Shown piece by piece: positions 18,117 to 31,880 of a DNA stretch of 64,000 nt. The stretch covers positions 22,782 to 86,781 of the forward strand of contig DASPRQ010000012.1 in the NCBI GenBank assembly GCA_035624355.1. Reading direction: 5' to 3'. Source of the DNA: Usitatibacter sp. Its GTDB lineage: Bacteria; Pseudomonadota; Gammaproteobacteria; Burkholderiales; Usitatibacteraceae. Every line of letters begins with the position of its first letter. Within the stretch, counting starts at the first letter, position 1. The notes beneath the pieces were generated by a model. It had not been told where the DNA came from. It did not search any database and worked only from the letters and a program-made list of their open reading frames with translations. A program made the translations under genes and the position numbers.

Positions 18117-20711
18117 ATGACCGACGCCGGCCTTCGCGCGCCCCCGACATCGCGCCAGGAGCGCTCCCCCGGACCCGCGGACCGCGCGGGCGTGAAGGCG
18201 GGCCGCGAGGCGCTGAAGGCGCGCTACCTGCGCCGCCCCGACCCGGCGCGCACGCTCGCGGCGCAGGCGGCGGCCGTCGACGAGGTCCTGCAACGCCTCT
18301 GGGCGCAGCACGTGCCCGATCCGTCGCTCGCGCTCGTCGCCGTCGGCGGCTACGGGCGCGGGGCGCTCTTCCCCTTTTCCGACGTGGACGTCCTCGTGCT
18401 GCTGCCCGACGGCCGGGCGCCCGACGCCTCCATCGAGCGCTTCGTCGGCGCCCTCTGGGACACGGGCCTCGAGCCGGGCCACAGCGTGCGCACCGTCGCC
18501 GAATGCATCGAGGAGGCGGCCAAGGACGTGAGCGTGGACACGAGCCTGCTCGAGGCGCGGCTCGTGGCGGGCGAGGCGCGGCTCGTCGAGGACCTCGACC
18601 GGCGCCTGCGCGCGCGGCGCAACGTGCGCGAGTTCTTCGAGGCGAAGTTCCGCGAGCAGGCCGCGCGCCACGAGCGCTTCCAGGAGGCGGCCTACAACCT
18701 GGAGCCCAACACCAAGGAGAGCCCCGGGGGGCTGCGCGACCTGCAGATGGTGCTCTGGCTCGCGCGCGCCGCGGGACTGGGCACCTCGTGGAAGGCGCTC
18801 GCCGAGCAGGACCTCATCACCGGGCGCGAGGCGGCCTCCATCGCGGCGAGCGAGCGCGTGCTGCAGGACCTGCGCATCCGCCTGCACTACCTCGCGGGGC
18901 GGCGCGAGGACCGCCTCGTCTTCGACCTGCAGATCGAGATCGCGCGCCAGCTCCGCCTCCAGGCCAAGGGCGGAATGGCGCCCTCGGACCTGCTGATGCG
19001 CCGCTACTACCTCGCCGCCAAGGCGATCTGGCGCTTCAACCAGATCCTGCTCGCGAACCTCCTCGCGCGCATCACGCCCGACTCCGAGCGGCGGGTGCGC
19101 AAGCTCGACGAGGACTTCGTGGTCGACAACCGCACCCTCGAGCCGCGCGACGAGCGCCTGTTCGAGAAGCGCCCGGGGATGATCCTCGAGGCCTTCCTGC
19201 GGCTCCAGGAGCACGAGGGCATCGAGGGCCCGGGGCCGACGGCGCTGCGGTCGCTGTCGCGCGCGCTGCCCTCGATCACGCGCCGCTTCCGCGAGGACCG
19301 GAACAACCGGCGGCGCTTCATGGAGATCATGCGCGGCGAGCGCCTCACCTGGACGCTGCGGCGCATGAGCCGCTACGGCGTGCTCGGCCGCTACATCCCG
19401 GCCTTCGGGCGCATCGTCGGGCAGATGCAGCACGACCTCTTCCACGTGTACACCGTGGACGAGCACATCCTCATGGTGATCCGCAACCTGCGCCGCTTCC
19501 GGATCCCGCGCTTCAACCACGAGTACCCGTTCCCGTCGCAGCTCATGCAGGACTTCGAGCGGGTCGAGGTGCTCTACCTCGCCGCGCTCTTCCACGACAT
19601 CGCCAAGGGCCGCGGGGGCGACCACTCGGGCCTGGGCGCGGTCGACGCGCTGCGCTTCTGCCGCGCCCACGGCCTCGCGCGCGCCGACGCGGAGCTCGTC
19701 GCGTGGCTCGTCGAGCACCACCTCGCGATGTCGGCCACGGCGCAGAAGCAGGACCTCTCCGACCCCGAGGTGATCTCCGCCTTCGCGACGCTCGCGCGCG
19801 ACGAGCGCTCGCTCACCGCGCTCTACATCCTCACCGTGGCCGACATCCGCGGCACGAGCCCCGTGGTCTGGAACGCGTGGAAGGGCAAGCTCCTCGAGGA
19901 CCTCTTCGTGCTCACGCGCCGGGTGCTGCGCGGCGAGACCGACTACGCGGCCTCGTGGATCGCGGCGAAGAAGGAGGAGGCGCTGCGCATCTTCCGCCAG
20001 TACGTGCCGCAGCCGGGCCGCGAGGCCGCGCTCTGGAGCCACCTCGACGACAACTACTTCCAGCGCTTCGAGGCGGGCGAGATCGGCTGGCACACGCGCA
20101 CGCTCTGGTCGCGGGTCGTGCCCGACAAGCCCGTCGTGCGCGCGCGCCTCTCGCCGGTGGGCGAGGGGCTGCAGGTGCTCGTCTACGCGCCCGACCAGCC
20201 GGGGCTCTTCGCGCGGATCACGGGCTTCTTCGAGCGCCTGCAGCTCGACATCGCGGCCGCGCGGATCTACACCACCCAGCACGGATTCGCCCTCGACAGC
20301 TTCCAGGTGCTCGCCCGGAGCCGCGGCCCCGGCGAGCACTACCGGGACCTCATCCAGAAGGTGGAGGCGGGGCTCGCCGGGCGCGTCGTGCCGGGCGCCC
20401 CGCTCGAGCCCGCGCCCACGGGCCGCGTCTCGCGCTGGGTGAAGCACTTCCCCATCGAGCCGCGGGTGGAGATCGCCCCCGATCGCCGCGCCGGACGCTG
20501 GCTCGTCTCGGTGAGCTGCCCCGACCGTCCGGGGCTGCTGTCCACCATCGCGCGCGTGCTGCTGCACCACGGGCTCAACCTGGTGGACGCGCGCGTGACC
20601 ACGCTCGGCCTGCGCGCCGAGGACACCTTCGTCGTGAACGGGCCGGCCCTCGAGGACGGGGCGGGGCGCGACGGCGTCGCCGCGGAGCTCCGCCAGGCCG
20701 TCAGCCCGTAG
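18117..20711 (+). CDS. glnD: [Protein-PII] uridylyltransferase
   Basis: GGYGRGALFPFSDVD, EPNTKESPGGLRD, HVYTVDEH, HDIAKG HD domain, C-terminal ACT motifs (DQPGLF, DRPGLL); follows map. Confidence 0.97.
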   Translation: MTDAGLRAPPTSRQERSPGPADRAGVKAGREALKARYLRRPDPARTLAAQAAAVDEVLQRLWAQHVPDPSLALVAVGGYGRGALFPFSDVDVLVLLPDGRAPDASIERFVGALWDTGLEPGHSVRTVAECIEEAAKDVSVDTSLLEARLVAGEARLVEDLDRRLRARRNVREFFEAKFREQAARHERFQEAAYNLEPNTKESPGGLRDLQMVLWLARAAGLGTSWKALAEQDLITGREAASIAASERVLQDLRIRLHYLAGRREDRLVFDLQIEIARQLRLQAKGGMAPSDLLMRRYYLAAKAIWRFNQILLANLLARITPDSERRVRKLDEDFVVDNRTLEPRDERLFEKRPGMILEAFLRLQEHEGIEGPGPTALRSLSRALPSITRRFREDRNNRRRFMEIMRGERLTWTLRRMSRYGVLGRYIPAFGRIVGQMQHDLFHVYTVDEHILMVIRNLRRFRIPRFNHEYPFPSQLMQDFERVEVLYLAALFHDIAKGRGGDHSGLGAVDALRFCRAHGLARADAELVAWLVEHHLAMSATAQKQDLSDPEVISAFATLARDERSLTALYILTVADIRGTSPVVWNAWKGKLLEDLFVLTRRVLRGETDYAASWIAAKKEEALRIFRQYVPQPGREAALWSHLDDNYFQRFEAGEIGWHTRTLWSRVVPDKPVVRARLSPVGEGLQVLVYAPDQPGLFARITGFFERLQLDIAAARIYTTQHGFALDSFQVLARSRGPGEHYRDLIQKVEAGLAGRVVPGAPLEPAPTGRVSRWVKHFPIEPRVEIAPDRRAGRWLVSVSCPDRPGLLSTIARVLLHHGLNLVDARVTTLGLRAEDTFVVNGPALEDGAGRDGVAAELRQAVSP

Positions 20712-21069
20712 GCGCGGGCCTGCGGTCCGAGAGCAGGATCCAGCCGCGGATCACGCGGTAGAGGTACCAGACGAGGAGGATCCCCCAGGGGAGCCACCAG
20801 ACGATGATGCCCACGAGCGACACGACGAGGACCGCGGTGAGGAGCCCGCAGATGAACACCCACAGCAGGCCCCACCAGAACGTGCGCGCGAGCCACGAGT
20901 AGTGGCTGTCGAGCCAGGTGCCGCGCACGCGCTCGCGCGTGGCCATGCCGACGATCACCGCCACGACCGCGAGCAGCCACGCGGTGAAGGGCGCGAGCAG
21001 ATGCAGCAGGTAGAGCACGTTGGCGGTGCCGGTGTCGTTGCCGGGGCCGGCGGCCGTCTCGTCACTCAT
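20701..21069 (-). CDS. Small membrane protein, DUF4870-like
   Basis: Three hydrophobic segments, [26 protein letters not shown]. Confidence 0.7.
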   Translation of the reverse strand: MSDETAAGPGNDTGTANVLYLLHLLAPFTAWLLAVVAVIVGMATRERVRGTWLDSHYSWLARTFWWGLLWVFICGLLTAVLVVSLVGIIVWWLPWGILLVWYLYRVIRGWILLSDRRPAPTG

Positions 21070-21595
21070 CGATGAGCTCCTCGCCCGGGAACAGCTCCTC
21101 GTTGAAGCCGAGCTTGCCGAGGTCGGTCATGCGCTGCGGATAGAGGATGCCGTCGAGGTGGTCGCACTCGTGCTGCACGACGCGCGCGTGGAAGCCCGCG
21201 GCCTCGCGCTCGAGGGGCCGCCCGTGCTCGTCGAAGCCCGAGTAGCGCAGCTTCGTGTAGCGCGGGACGAGCCCGCGCAGGCCGGGCACCGACAGGCATC
21301 CTTCCCAGCCCTCCTCCACCTCGCGCGTGAGGAGCACGATCTTCGGGTTGACGAGCACCGTGAAGGGCACCTCCTCGGCGTCCGGGTAGCGCGGGTTCCG
21401 CGTCACGCCGAAGATCACCACGCGCCGGCCCACGCCGATCTGCGGGGCCGCGAGGCCCGCGCCGTTCTTCGCCGCCATGGTGTCCTTCATGTCGGCCACG
21501 AGCTCGAGCAGCTCCGGCGTGCCGAAGCTCTCCACCGGCGCCGCGCGGGCGCGCAGCACCGGATGGCCCATGCGCAGCACCTCACGGACGGCCAT
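21062..21595 (-). CDS. def: Peptide deformylase
   Basis: [15 protein letters not shown] and QHECDHLDG motifs. Confidence 0.96.
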   Translation of the reverse strand: MAVREVLRMGHPVLRARAAPVESFGTPELLELVADMKDTMAAKNGAGLAAPQIGVGRRVVIFGVTRNPRYPDAEEVPFTVLVNPKIVLLTREVEEGWEGCLSVPGLRGLVPRYTKLRYSGFDEHGRPLEREAAGFHARVVQHECDHLDGILYPQRMTDLGKLGFNEELFPGEELIDE

Positions 21596-22331
21596 GGAGC
21601 TCCACCAGCTTCGCCACGATCGTGCGCACCTTCGCCATGCTCTCTTCCATCACGCGCGGGATGTCGTCGAGCGCGATCGCGCGCGCGCTCGCGCCGCGCC
21701 CGGCGGCGGGGTTGACCACCACCGCGAGCGCCGCGTAGCCGAGGCCCAGCTCGCGCGCGAGCGCGGCTTCCGGCATCCCCGTCATGCCGACCATCGTGGC
21801 GCCGTCGCGCTCGAGCCGGTCGATCTCGGCCTTCGTCTCGAGGCGCGGCCCCTGCACCGCCGCATAGGTGCCGCCGTCGACGACCGGGAGCCCCGTCGCG
21901 CGGGCCGACTCGAGCGCCAGGCGCCGCAGGTCCCCGGTGTAGGGATGCGTGAAGTCGATGTGGGTCACGGGCTGCTCGGCGCCCTCGAAGAAGGTCGAGG
22001 GCCTGCCCCAAGTGTAGTCGATGATCTGGTCCGGGACGACGATCGTGCCGGCGCCGAGCGACGGCGCGATGCCGCCCACGGTGCACACCGCGATCACCTG
22101 CGTGACCCCCTTGCTCTGCAGGGCCCAGAGGTTCGCGCGGTAGTTGACCTCGTGGGGCGCGAGCGTGTGCGCGTAGCCGTGGCGCGCGAGGAAGATGACC
22201 TCGGAAGCGCCCAGGCGGCCGAAGGTGAGCGGGCCCGAGGGCTCGCCGAAGGGCGTGCGCACGATCTGGCGGTGGGTGATCTCGAGGTTCGCGAGCCGCG
22301 TGAGTCCGCTGCCTCCGATGATGGCGATCAT
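21582..22331 (-). CDS. mtaP: S-methyl-5'-thioadenosine/thioinosine phosphorylase
   Basis: [45 protein letters not shown]. Confidence 0.9.
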   Translation of the reverse strand: MIAIIGGSGLTRLANLEITHRQIVRTPFGEPSGPLTFGRLGASEVIFLARHGYAHTLAPHEVNYRANLWALQSKGVTQVIAVCTVGGIAPSLGAGTIVVPDQIIDYTWGRPSTFFEGAEQPVTHIDFTHPYTGDLRRLALESARATGLPVVDGGTYAAVQGPRLETKAEIDRLERDGATMVGMTGMPEAALARELGLGYAALAVVVNPAAGRGASARAIALDDIPRVMEESMAKVRTIVAKLVELHGRP

Positions 22332-22341
22332 GCTCGGCGCT

Positions 22342-22884
22342 TCACTCCTTGAGGGCGTAGATGGCGGGAAGGTTGCGCCAGAGGCCGTAGGCGTCCATGC
22401 CGAAGCCGAAGACGTAGCGGTTGGGAACCGTGACGCCCACGAAGTCGGCGTGCGCGGGCTTTTCGCGGCCGATGTCCTTGTCGGCGAGCACGGCGGCGTA
22501 CACGCGACCGGCGCCCATCTGCGCGAGCTTCGCGCGGATCGCGGCGAGCGTCACGCCCTCGTCGAGGATGTCGTCGACCACGAGCACGGTGCGTCCGCGC
22601 ACGTTGTCGCGCGGCGGCAGGCGCCACCGGATCTCGCGCCCCCGCGTGCCGTTGTCGTAGCGCGTGACCTCGATCGCCCCGAATTCCAGCGGGAAGTCGA
22701 GCAGCGGCAGGAGCCTGCCGGTGAACACCGCCGCCCCGCCCATGACCGAGAGCACCACGGGGAACTCGCCGCGCAGCTTCGCCGAGATCTCGGAGGCCAT
22801 GCGGCCGACCGCGCGCTCGACCTGCTCCGCGGGGCACAGCAGGTCGGCCTCCTCGAGCAGGCGCTCCGCGTCCTGCCGGTTCAC
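22342..22884 (-). CDS. hpt: Hypoxanthine-guanine phosphoribosyltransferase
   Basis: [18 protein letters not shown] loop, RYVFGFGMD; GTG start overlaps the galU stop. Confidence 0.92.
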   Translation of the reverse strand: MNRQDAERLLEEADLLCPAEQVERAVGRMASEISAKLRGEFPVVLSVMGGAAVFTGRLLPLLDFPLEFGAIEVTRYDNGTRGREIRWRLPPRDNVRGRTVLVVDDILDEGVTLAAIRAKLAQMGAGRVYAAVLADKDIGREKPAHADFVGVTVPNRYVFGFGMDAYGLWRNLPAIYALKE

Positions 22885-23771
22885 GAACGCCGGCCCGCGG
22901 GCGGGCCCACGACGCCGCCCAGGAACGCGCGGAATCCGGCGGCGACCTCCGGGTGCTTGAGCGCGTAGTTCACCGTCGCCTCGAGGTAGCCGAGCTTCGA
23001 GCCGCAGTCGTAGCGGCGACCCTCGAACTCGTGGGCGAAGACCGCCTCGTCGCGCAGCAGCCGCCCGATCGCGTCGGTGAGCTGGATCTCGCGGCCCGCG
23101 CCGGGGCGCAGGTTCTCGAGGAAATGGAAGATCCGCGGGCTCAGGATGTAGCGCCCCACCACCGCGAGCGTCGAGGGCGCCTCCTCGGGCTTGGGCTTCT
23201 CGACGATGGCGGTCACCCGCGACAGCGCCGGTCCCACGCGCTCGGCCGACACGATGCCGTAGGAGGCGGTCTCCTCGCGCGCGACGTCCTGCACGGCGAC
23301 GAGGCTGCCGCCGTGGCGGGCGTGGATCTGGGACATCTGCTTCATCACCGGCTGCGGCGCGTCGATGAGGTCGTCGGCGAGGATCACCGCGAAGGGCTGG
23401 TCGCCCACCAGGTGGCGCGCGCACAGCACCGCGTGCCCGAGCCCGAGGGCCTCGGCCTGGCGCACGTAGGCGCAGCTCACGCCCTCGGGCAGCAGGCCGC
23501 GCACCTCCTTCAGCAGCTTGTTCTTGCCGTGCGCCTGCAGCTCCGCCTCGAGCTCGTAGGCCTTGTCGAAGTGGTCCTCGATCGCCCGCTTGCCGCGGCC
23601 CGTGATGAAGATGAGGTCGGTGATCCCGGCGGCGACCGCCTCCTCGACCGCGTACTGGATGAGGGGCTTGTCGACGATGGGCAGCATCTCCTTCGGAGAG
23701 GCCTTGGTCGCCGGAAGGAAGCGGGTGCCGAGGCCCGCGACGGGAAAGACGGCCTTCGTTATTCTGTTCAT
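22881..23771 (-). CDS. galU: UTP-glucose-1-phosphate uridylyltransferase
   Basis: [50 protein letters not shown]. Confidence 0.98.
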   Translation of the reverse strand: MNRITKAVFPVAGLGTRFLPATKASPKEMLPIVDKPLIQYAVEEAVAAGITDLIFITGRGKRAIEDHFDKAYELEAELQAHGKNKLLKEVRGLLPEGVSCAYVRQAEALGLGHAVLCARHLVGDQPFAVILADDLIDAPQPVMKQMSQIHARHGGSLVAVQDVAREETASYGIVSAERVGPALSRVTAIVEKPKPEEAPSTLAVVGRYILSPRIFHFLENLRPGAGREIQLTDAIGRLLRDEAVFAHEFEGRRYDCGSKLGYLEATVNYALKHPEVAAGFRAFLGGVVGPPAGRRS

Positions 23772-23783
23772 TCGCCTCGCGGG

Positions 23784-26930
<3,147 letters not shown>

Positions 26931-29900
26931 TCAGGCCGCCCGCTTGCGCGCGAGCTCGATCGCGCCTTCGACGTCGACCTCGACGATCTTCGACACGCCC
27001 GGCTCGGGCATCGTCACGCCCACGAGCTGGCTCGCCATCTCCATGGTGATCTTGTTGTGCGTGATGAAGACGAACTGCGTCTGCCCCGACATCTGGCGCA
27101 CCAGCTCGCAGAAGCGCTCGACGTTCTGGTCGTCGAGCGGGGCGTCGACCTCGTCGAGGAGGCAGAACGGGGCCGGGTTCAGCCTGAAGAGCGAGAACAC
27201 GAGCGCGATCGCGGTGAGGGCCTTCTCGCCTCCCGACAGCAGCTGGATCGACTGGTTCCTCTTGCCCGGCGGCTGCGCGAACACCTGCAGTCCCGCGTCG
27301 AGGATCTCCTCGCCCGTGAGCCGCAGGCTCGCCTCGCCGCCGCCGAAGAGCGCCGGGAAGATCTCGCGGAAGTTGCGATCGACGCTCTCGAAGGTCTCCT
27401 GGAGGAGCTCGCGCGTCTCGCGGTCGATGCGCTTGATCGCGGCCTCCAGCGTCTGCACCGCCTGGACGAGGTCGGCGGACTGCGCGTCGAGGAAGCCCTT
27501 GCGGCTGCGGGCGGCGTCGAGCTCCGAGAGCGCGGCGAGGTTCACGGGCCCGAGGGCCCCGATCTCCTCGTTCAGGCGGTTGATCTCGGTCTGCATGCCC
27601 GAGGAGCGCACCCGCTTCTCGATCTGCTCGGCCATCTCCTCGCGGGTGACGCCGGCCTCGCCGAGCTGGAGCGCGAACTGCTCGGCGTGGGTGGCCGCCT
27701 CCTGCTCCTTCAGGCGCAGCTCCGTGATGCGGTTGCGCAGGGGTTCGAGGCCCTGCTCGACCTCGAGGCGCGCCTCCTCCAGCTCGCGCAGCCGGTCGGC
27801 GACCTGCTCGAGCCCCGCGCGCGCGTCGGCGAGCGCGCGCTCGCGCTCCGCCTTCGCGGCGAGCGCCTTCTGCAAACGGTCGCGCACGCCGCCCTCTTCG
27901 AGCCGGGCGAGCTCCGCGGACACGCCGTCGCGCCGCGCCGCGAGCGCCGCGAAGCGCTCGCCGAGGGAAACGGCGAGCCCCGCCTGCGCCTGCGCCTTGT
28001 CGTGGCAGCTGCGCTCCTCGAAGCGCGCCTCGGCGAGCGCGTGCTCGGCCGCGGCCGCCGCGGCGCGGGCCCCGTCGAGCCCGGCCGAAGCGGCCTTCGC
28101 CGAGTCCTCCAGCGCCTGAAGCCGCTGCACGACCGCCTCGATCGTGCGCGCTCCCGCCTCGAGCGCGTGCTGCGCCTCCTGCATCTCGAGGCGCTCGCGC
28201 TCCTCCTCCTCCTCGATCTGCGCGAGCTCGGCGCGGATCGCCTCGCGCCGGCGCGTGGCCTGCTCCGAGCTCTGGGCGAGCTTGAGGAGCTCCACCTCGA
28301 GGCCGTGGTCCTCCGCGCGGGCCTTCGCGAGCGCCTCGCCGAGCCCCCGCGCTTCCTCCTGCGCCGAGCGCAGCTCCTGCTCGAGGCCGCGCAGCGCCTC
28401 CTCCGCGGCGGAGCGCTCGCGCACCCGTTCGGGAATACGGGCCCTCAGCTCCCCGATCTCGCGCTGGCGCTGCAGCACGCCGTGCAGCTCCGACTGCGGG
28501 CCGTGGAAGACCACGCCCTGGCGGCCGAAGAGGTGTCCGCTCTTCGCGACCAGCATCCCTCCGGGCGGAAGCACGCGCGCGAGGCCCATGCCGTCCTCGC
28601 CGTCGGGAAGAATGAACACGTTGGCGAGGGCGTCGCGAAGGTAGGCCGCCACGCCCGGGCGCTCGCTCGTCACCACCGAGGCGAGCGGCGCGAGGCGCGA
28701 GGCGGCCGGGGGCGCCTCGGCGGCGGCGCGCTCGACGAACACCGCGAAGCTGCCGGGCGGAGCGTCGCGCAGCAGCTCGGCGAGCCCCGAGTCGTCCGCG
28801 AGCCGCGCCGCGTTCAGGCGCACGCCGAGCGCCGCCTCGACCGCGTCGTCCCAGCCGGGCTGCACGCGGATCGCCTGCCAGAGCCGCTCGGCGCGATCCA
28901 GGCGGTGCGCTTCGGTCCATTCCTTGAGGCGCGAATTGGTGTCGAGCCGCGCCTGCTGCGCCTCGAGGGCCCTCAGCGCCGCCTCCCGCTCCGCGAGCGC
29001 GCGCGTCGCCTCGTGCAGCTTCTCGGTCGCCTCGGTGCGCCGCGCCTCGAGCGACGGGATGCCCGCTTCCGAGCGCGAGCGCCCCGCCTCGACCTCGGCG
29101 AGCCGCCCGGCGAGCGCCGAGCGCTGCGCCTCGATCGCGGCGAGCCGCTCCGGATCCGGGAAGACGAGCGTCATGTTCTCCTGCCTGAGCCGGCCCTTGC
29201 GCGCCTCGATCTGCGCGAGGAGCTTGAGCGCGTGCGACTCGCGCGCCTCCTCGACGCCCTGCGCCTGCTCGGCCGCGGCCATCTCCGCCCCGGCCGCGCG
29301 CACCTCGGCGGCGGCGCGCTGGGACGCGGACTCGGCCTGCGGCAGCGCCTCGCGGGCGCGGGCGAGGGCCTGCTCGCGATCCGCGATGGCCGCGCGGGCG
29401 CCCTCGATGCGCGAGCGCCACCGCCCGCCCTCGGCGTCGGCTTCGGCCACGCGCCGCTCGACCTCGGCGGCCTCGGCGGCGAGCGCCTCGAGCTCGCCGC
29501 CCATGCGGCGGCGGTTCTCGCCGAGGAAGGAAAGCTCCTGCTCGAGCGACTGCACGTCGGCGTTGGCCGAGTAGAGCGCGCCCTGCAGCTCCTGGAGGCG
29601 GTCGGTGCGCTCGTAGTGGGAGCCGCGCAGCTCCTCGAGCGAGCGCTCGCCCTCGCGCAGCTTCGCCATCTCCGCCTCGAGGGCGACGGTCGCCTTCTGC
29701 ACCTCGTTCGCGTACCGGCCCCTCGCCTGCTCCGCCTCGCGCAGCCGCGTGAACGCGAGCAGGTTGTGGTTGAGCACGAGCTGGGCCTGGAGCTCCTGGT
29801 ACCTCGCCGCGGTCTCCGCCTGACGCGCGAGGTGCTCGAGCTGCGCCTCGAGCTCCGCGCGGATGTCGTCCACGCGTTCGAGGTTCTCCCGGGTGTCCTC

Positions 29901-30452
29901 GAGCCTGAGCTCCGTCTCGCGGCGGCGCTCGCGGTACTTCGACACGCCCGCCGCCTCCTCGAGGAACACGCGCAGCTCCTCGGGCTGGGAGGTGATCACG
30001 CGCGTGATCGTGCCCTGCTCGATGATCGAGTAGGCCCTCGGGCCCAGTCCCGTGCCGAGGAAGATGTCCTGCACGTCCCGCCGGCGCACGTGCTGGCCGT
30101 TCACGTAGTAGCTGGAGTCTCCCTCGCGCGCGTACACGCGCTTCACGCTGATCTCGGTGTAGCCCGCCCAGGGGCCGCCGATGCGTCCGAGCGAGTTGTC
30201 GAACACCAGCTCGACCGAGGCGCGACCGACCGGCTTCCTCTCCGTCGAGCCGCTGAAGATCACGTCCTGCATGTGCTCGCCGCGCAGCTGCCGGGCGGAA
30301 GACTCGCCCAGCACCCAGCGCACGGCGTCGATCACGTTCGACTTGCCGCATCCGTTGGGCCCCACGACACCCACGAGCTGGCCCGGGACGGCGATGGCGG
30401 TCGGATCGACGAAGGACTTGAAGCCCGAGAGCTTGACGGATGTGAGTCGCAA
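26931..30452 (-). CDS. smc: Chromosome segregation protein SMC
   Basis: KLSGFKSF, Walker A GPNGCGKSN, long coiled coils, LSGGEK, CLLDEVDAPLD. Start is TTG 30452 or ATG 30491. Confidence 0.97.
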   Translation of the reverse strand: MRLTSVKLSGFKSFVDPTAIAVPGQLVGVVGPNGCGKSNVIDAVRWVLGESSARQLRGEHMQDVIFSGSTERKPVGRASVELVFDNSLGRIGGPWAGYTEISVKRVYAREGDSSYYVNGQHVRRRDVQDIFLGTGLGPRAYSIIEQGTITRVITSQPEELRVFLEEAAGVSKYRERRRETELRLEDTRENLERVDDIRAELEAQLEHLARQAETAARYQELQAQLVLNHNLLAFTRLREAEQARGRYANEVQKATVALEAEMAKLREGERSLEELRGSHYERTDRLQELQGALYSANADVQSLEQELSFLGENRRRMGGELEALAAEAAEVERRVAEADAEGGRWRSRIEGARAAIADREQALARAREALPQAESASQRAAAEVRAAGAEMAAAEQAQGVEEARESHALKLLAQIEARKGRLRQENMTLVFPDPERLAAIEAQRSALAGRLAEVEAGRSRSEAGIPSLEARRTEATEKLHEATRALAEREAALRALEAQQARLDTNSRLKEWTEAHRLDRAERLWQAIRVQPGWDDAVEAALGVRLNAARLADDSGLAELLRDAPPGSFAVFVERAAAEAPPAASRLAPLASVVTSERPGVAAYLRDALANVFILPDGEDGMGLARVLPPGGMLVAKSGHLFGRQGVVFHGPQSELHGVLQRQREIGELRARIPERVRERSAAEEALRGLEQELRSAQEEARGLGEALAKARAEDHGLEVELLKLAQSSEQATRRREAIRAELAQIEEEEERERLEMQEAQHALEAGARTIEAVVQRLQALEDSAKAASAGLDGARAAAAAAEHALAEARFEERSCHDKAQAQAGLAVSLGERFAALAARRDGVSAELARLEEGGVRDRLQKALAAKAERERALADARAGLEQVADRLRELEEARLEVEQGLEPLRNRITELRLKEQEAATHAEQFALQLGEAGVTREEMAEQIEKRVRSSGMQTEINRLNEEIGALGPVNLAALSELDAARSRKGFLDAQSADLVQAVQTLEAAIKRIDRETRELLQETFESVDRNFREIFPALFGGGEASLRLTGEEILDAGLQVFAQPPGKRNQSIQLLSGGEKALTAIALVFSLFRLNPAPFCLLDEVDAPLDDQNVERFCELVRQMSGQTQFVFITHNKITMEMASQLVGVTMPEPGVSKIVEVDVEGAIELARKRAA

Positions 30453-30509
30453 GGGGAGTGACGGGGTAAGGGCTTGTTTTCGAGGCGCCATCGGCCGCGG
30501 CGCCTTCAG

Positions 30510-30524
30510 TAGAATGCGATTTTA
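30510..30524. promoter_or_regulatory. Interleaved divergent -10 boxes for queF (+, TAGAAT 30510-30515) and smc (-, TAAAAT 30519-30524)
   Basis: Two near-consensus hexamers on opposite strands in the only AT-rich patch of the intergenic region. Confidence 0.55.
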
Positions 30525-30544
30525 CCGGAACGCGTCGATCGCCA

Positions 30545-30958
30545 ATGGCCCACCCGTCCAGGCTCCTCGAGACCTTCCCCAACCCCGCGCCGGGACGCGA
30601 CTACGCGATCCGGATGCAGATCCCCGAGTTCACCTGCCTGTGCCCGAAAACGGGCCAGCCGGACTTCGCCACGCTCTTCCTCGACTACGTCCCCGACCGC
30701 CTGTGCGTGGAGCTCAAGAGCCTCAAGCTCTACATCTGGTCGTTCCGCGGCGAGGGGCGCTTCCACGAGGCGGTCACGAACGAGATCCTCGACGACCTCG
30801 TGCGGGCCACGCGGCCGCGCTTCATGCGCCTCACGGCGAAGTTCTTCGTGCGCGGCGGCATCTTCACCACGGTGGTCGCGGAGCATCGCCGCAGGAGCTG
30901 GAAGCCCGCGGCGCCGCTACCCCTCGACGAGCTTCCGCCCCAGCCCAGCACGCGCTAA
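30545..30958 (+). CDS. queF: 7-cyano-7-deazaguanine (preQ0) reductase, short type
   Basis: [28 protein letters not shown]; 137 aa single-module form. Confidence 0.95.
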   Translation: MAHPSRLLETFPNPAPGRDYAIRMQIPEFTCLCPKTGQPDFATLFLDYVPDRLCVELKSLKLYIWSFRGEGRFHEAVTNEILDDLVRATRPRFMRLTAKFFVRGGIFTTVVAEHRRRSWKPAAPLPLDELPPQPSTR

Positions 30959-30981
30959 GCGACGGTGACGAAGCGCCCCGT

Positions 30982-31866
30982 TCAGCCCGGGCGCCGCCGC
31001 GCCTCGAGCCGGGCGCTTGCCGCGCTCGCCGCCGCGACCAGCGAGCCGCCGATCCAGTCCTGGGGCCGCAGCCGCTCGCCCGCGAGGACGTAGGCGGCGA
31101 TCGCCGCGACCACGAGCTCCGAGAGCAGGATCACGATCGCGCGGTTGGCGGGCATGCGCGCGAGCCCGTACTGCAGGGAAAGGCTCATCGCGACGAGCGC
31201 GAGCCCGATCCCGGCCACGAGCGGCGCGTGCGCCGCCAGCGCGCGCGCCGCCTCGCCTGCGCCCACCCGGCTCATCGGCAGGTGCGCGAGGGCGGCGAGC
31301 GTGACGCCCGCCCAGATCACGATCGACTTGCCCGCGTCGGTCATCGCGGCGAGGCGCCGGATGAGCACGTTGCCGAGGGCGAAGAGAAAGCCCGCCGCGA
31401 GCCCGAGCCATTCGGCGCGCGCCGTGGGCCAGGGGGCGCCGAGCTGCGGCTTCCACAGCATCGCCATGGCCCCGCCCAGGGCGAGCGCCATCACGAGGAA
31501 GCCGGGCGCATCGAGCCGCTCGCCGAGCAGCAGCCACGCGAGGGGCACGGTCCAGAGCGGCGCGAGGTAGAAGAGCAGCAGCACGCGCATCACCTCCCCG
31601 TCGAGGACTCCCAGCACGTAGGCGAGGTTGCTCCAGCCGATGGCGAGCCCCATCACGATCGCGAGCAGCGGCGCGCGCGCGAGGCGCCGCGCTTGCCGCG
31701 GGAAGAGCGCGATGCCCGTGGCGAGCGCCACGCCGTAGGTCGCGAGCGTGGCCCAGATCCCGTCGAGGCCCGCGGCGGCGAGCACGCGGTACGGATACCA
31801 CACGACGCCCCACAGCGCAGCCCCGAAGAGCAGCGCCCACGTCGGCGCGGATGCGGGAGGCTTCAC
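30982..31866 (-). CDS. DMT/EamA family transporter
   Basis: About 10 hydrophobic helices, LLFYLAPLWTVPLAWLLLGERL, ELVVAAIAAYVLAGE. Confidence 0.88.
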   Translation of the reverse strand: MKPPASAPTWALLFGAALWGVVWYPYRVLAAAGLDGIWATLATYGVALATGIALFPRQARRLARAPLLAIVMGLAIGWSNLAYVLGVLDGEVMRVLLLFYLAPLWTVPLAWLLLGERLDAPGFLVMALALGGAMAMLWKPQLGAPWPTARAEWLGLAAGFLFALGNVLIRRLAAMTDAGKSIVIWAGVTLAALAHLPMSRVGAGEAARALAAHAPLVAGIGLALVAMSLSLQYGLARMPANRAIVILLSELVVAAIAAYVLAGERLRPQDWIGGSLVAAASAASARLEARRRPG

Positions 31867-31880
31867 GGTAAGATCGGGGG

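Noticed and set aside
17148-20570. 1140-aa minus-strand ORF opposite map-glnD, and similar very long antisense or alternate-frame ORFs (22953-26153, 26910-30461, 26908-30582, 7296-9635, 13234-15321, 60522-63431)
   Set aside because: Shadow ORFs expected at this GC content with strong GC3 bias. They mirror clearly identified genes and have Arg/Ala/Gly-rich, motif-free translations.
20701-20711. Convergent 3' overlaps (glnD/DUF4870-like; also LysR/rluB at 48537-48547) as antisense regulation
   Set aside because: Short 11-nt stop-codon overlaps are common in compact GC-rich genomes and carry no further signal.
30516-30544. preQ1 riboswitch upstream of queF (or yhhQ)
   Set aside because: The queF leader is about 25 nt without the stem-loop and A-rich tail of preQ1-I; yhhQ has no leader.
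31867-31880. Second bidirectional leaderless promoter between the EamA and GT4 genes
   Set aside because: Only the plus strand has a -10 (TAAGAT); no TAnnnT lies at the right distance from the minus-strand GTG.
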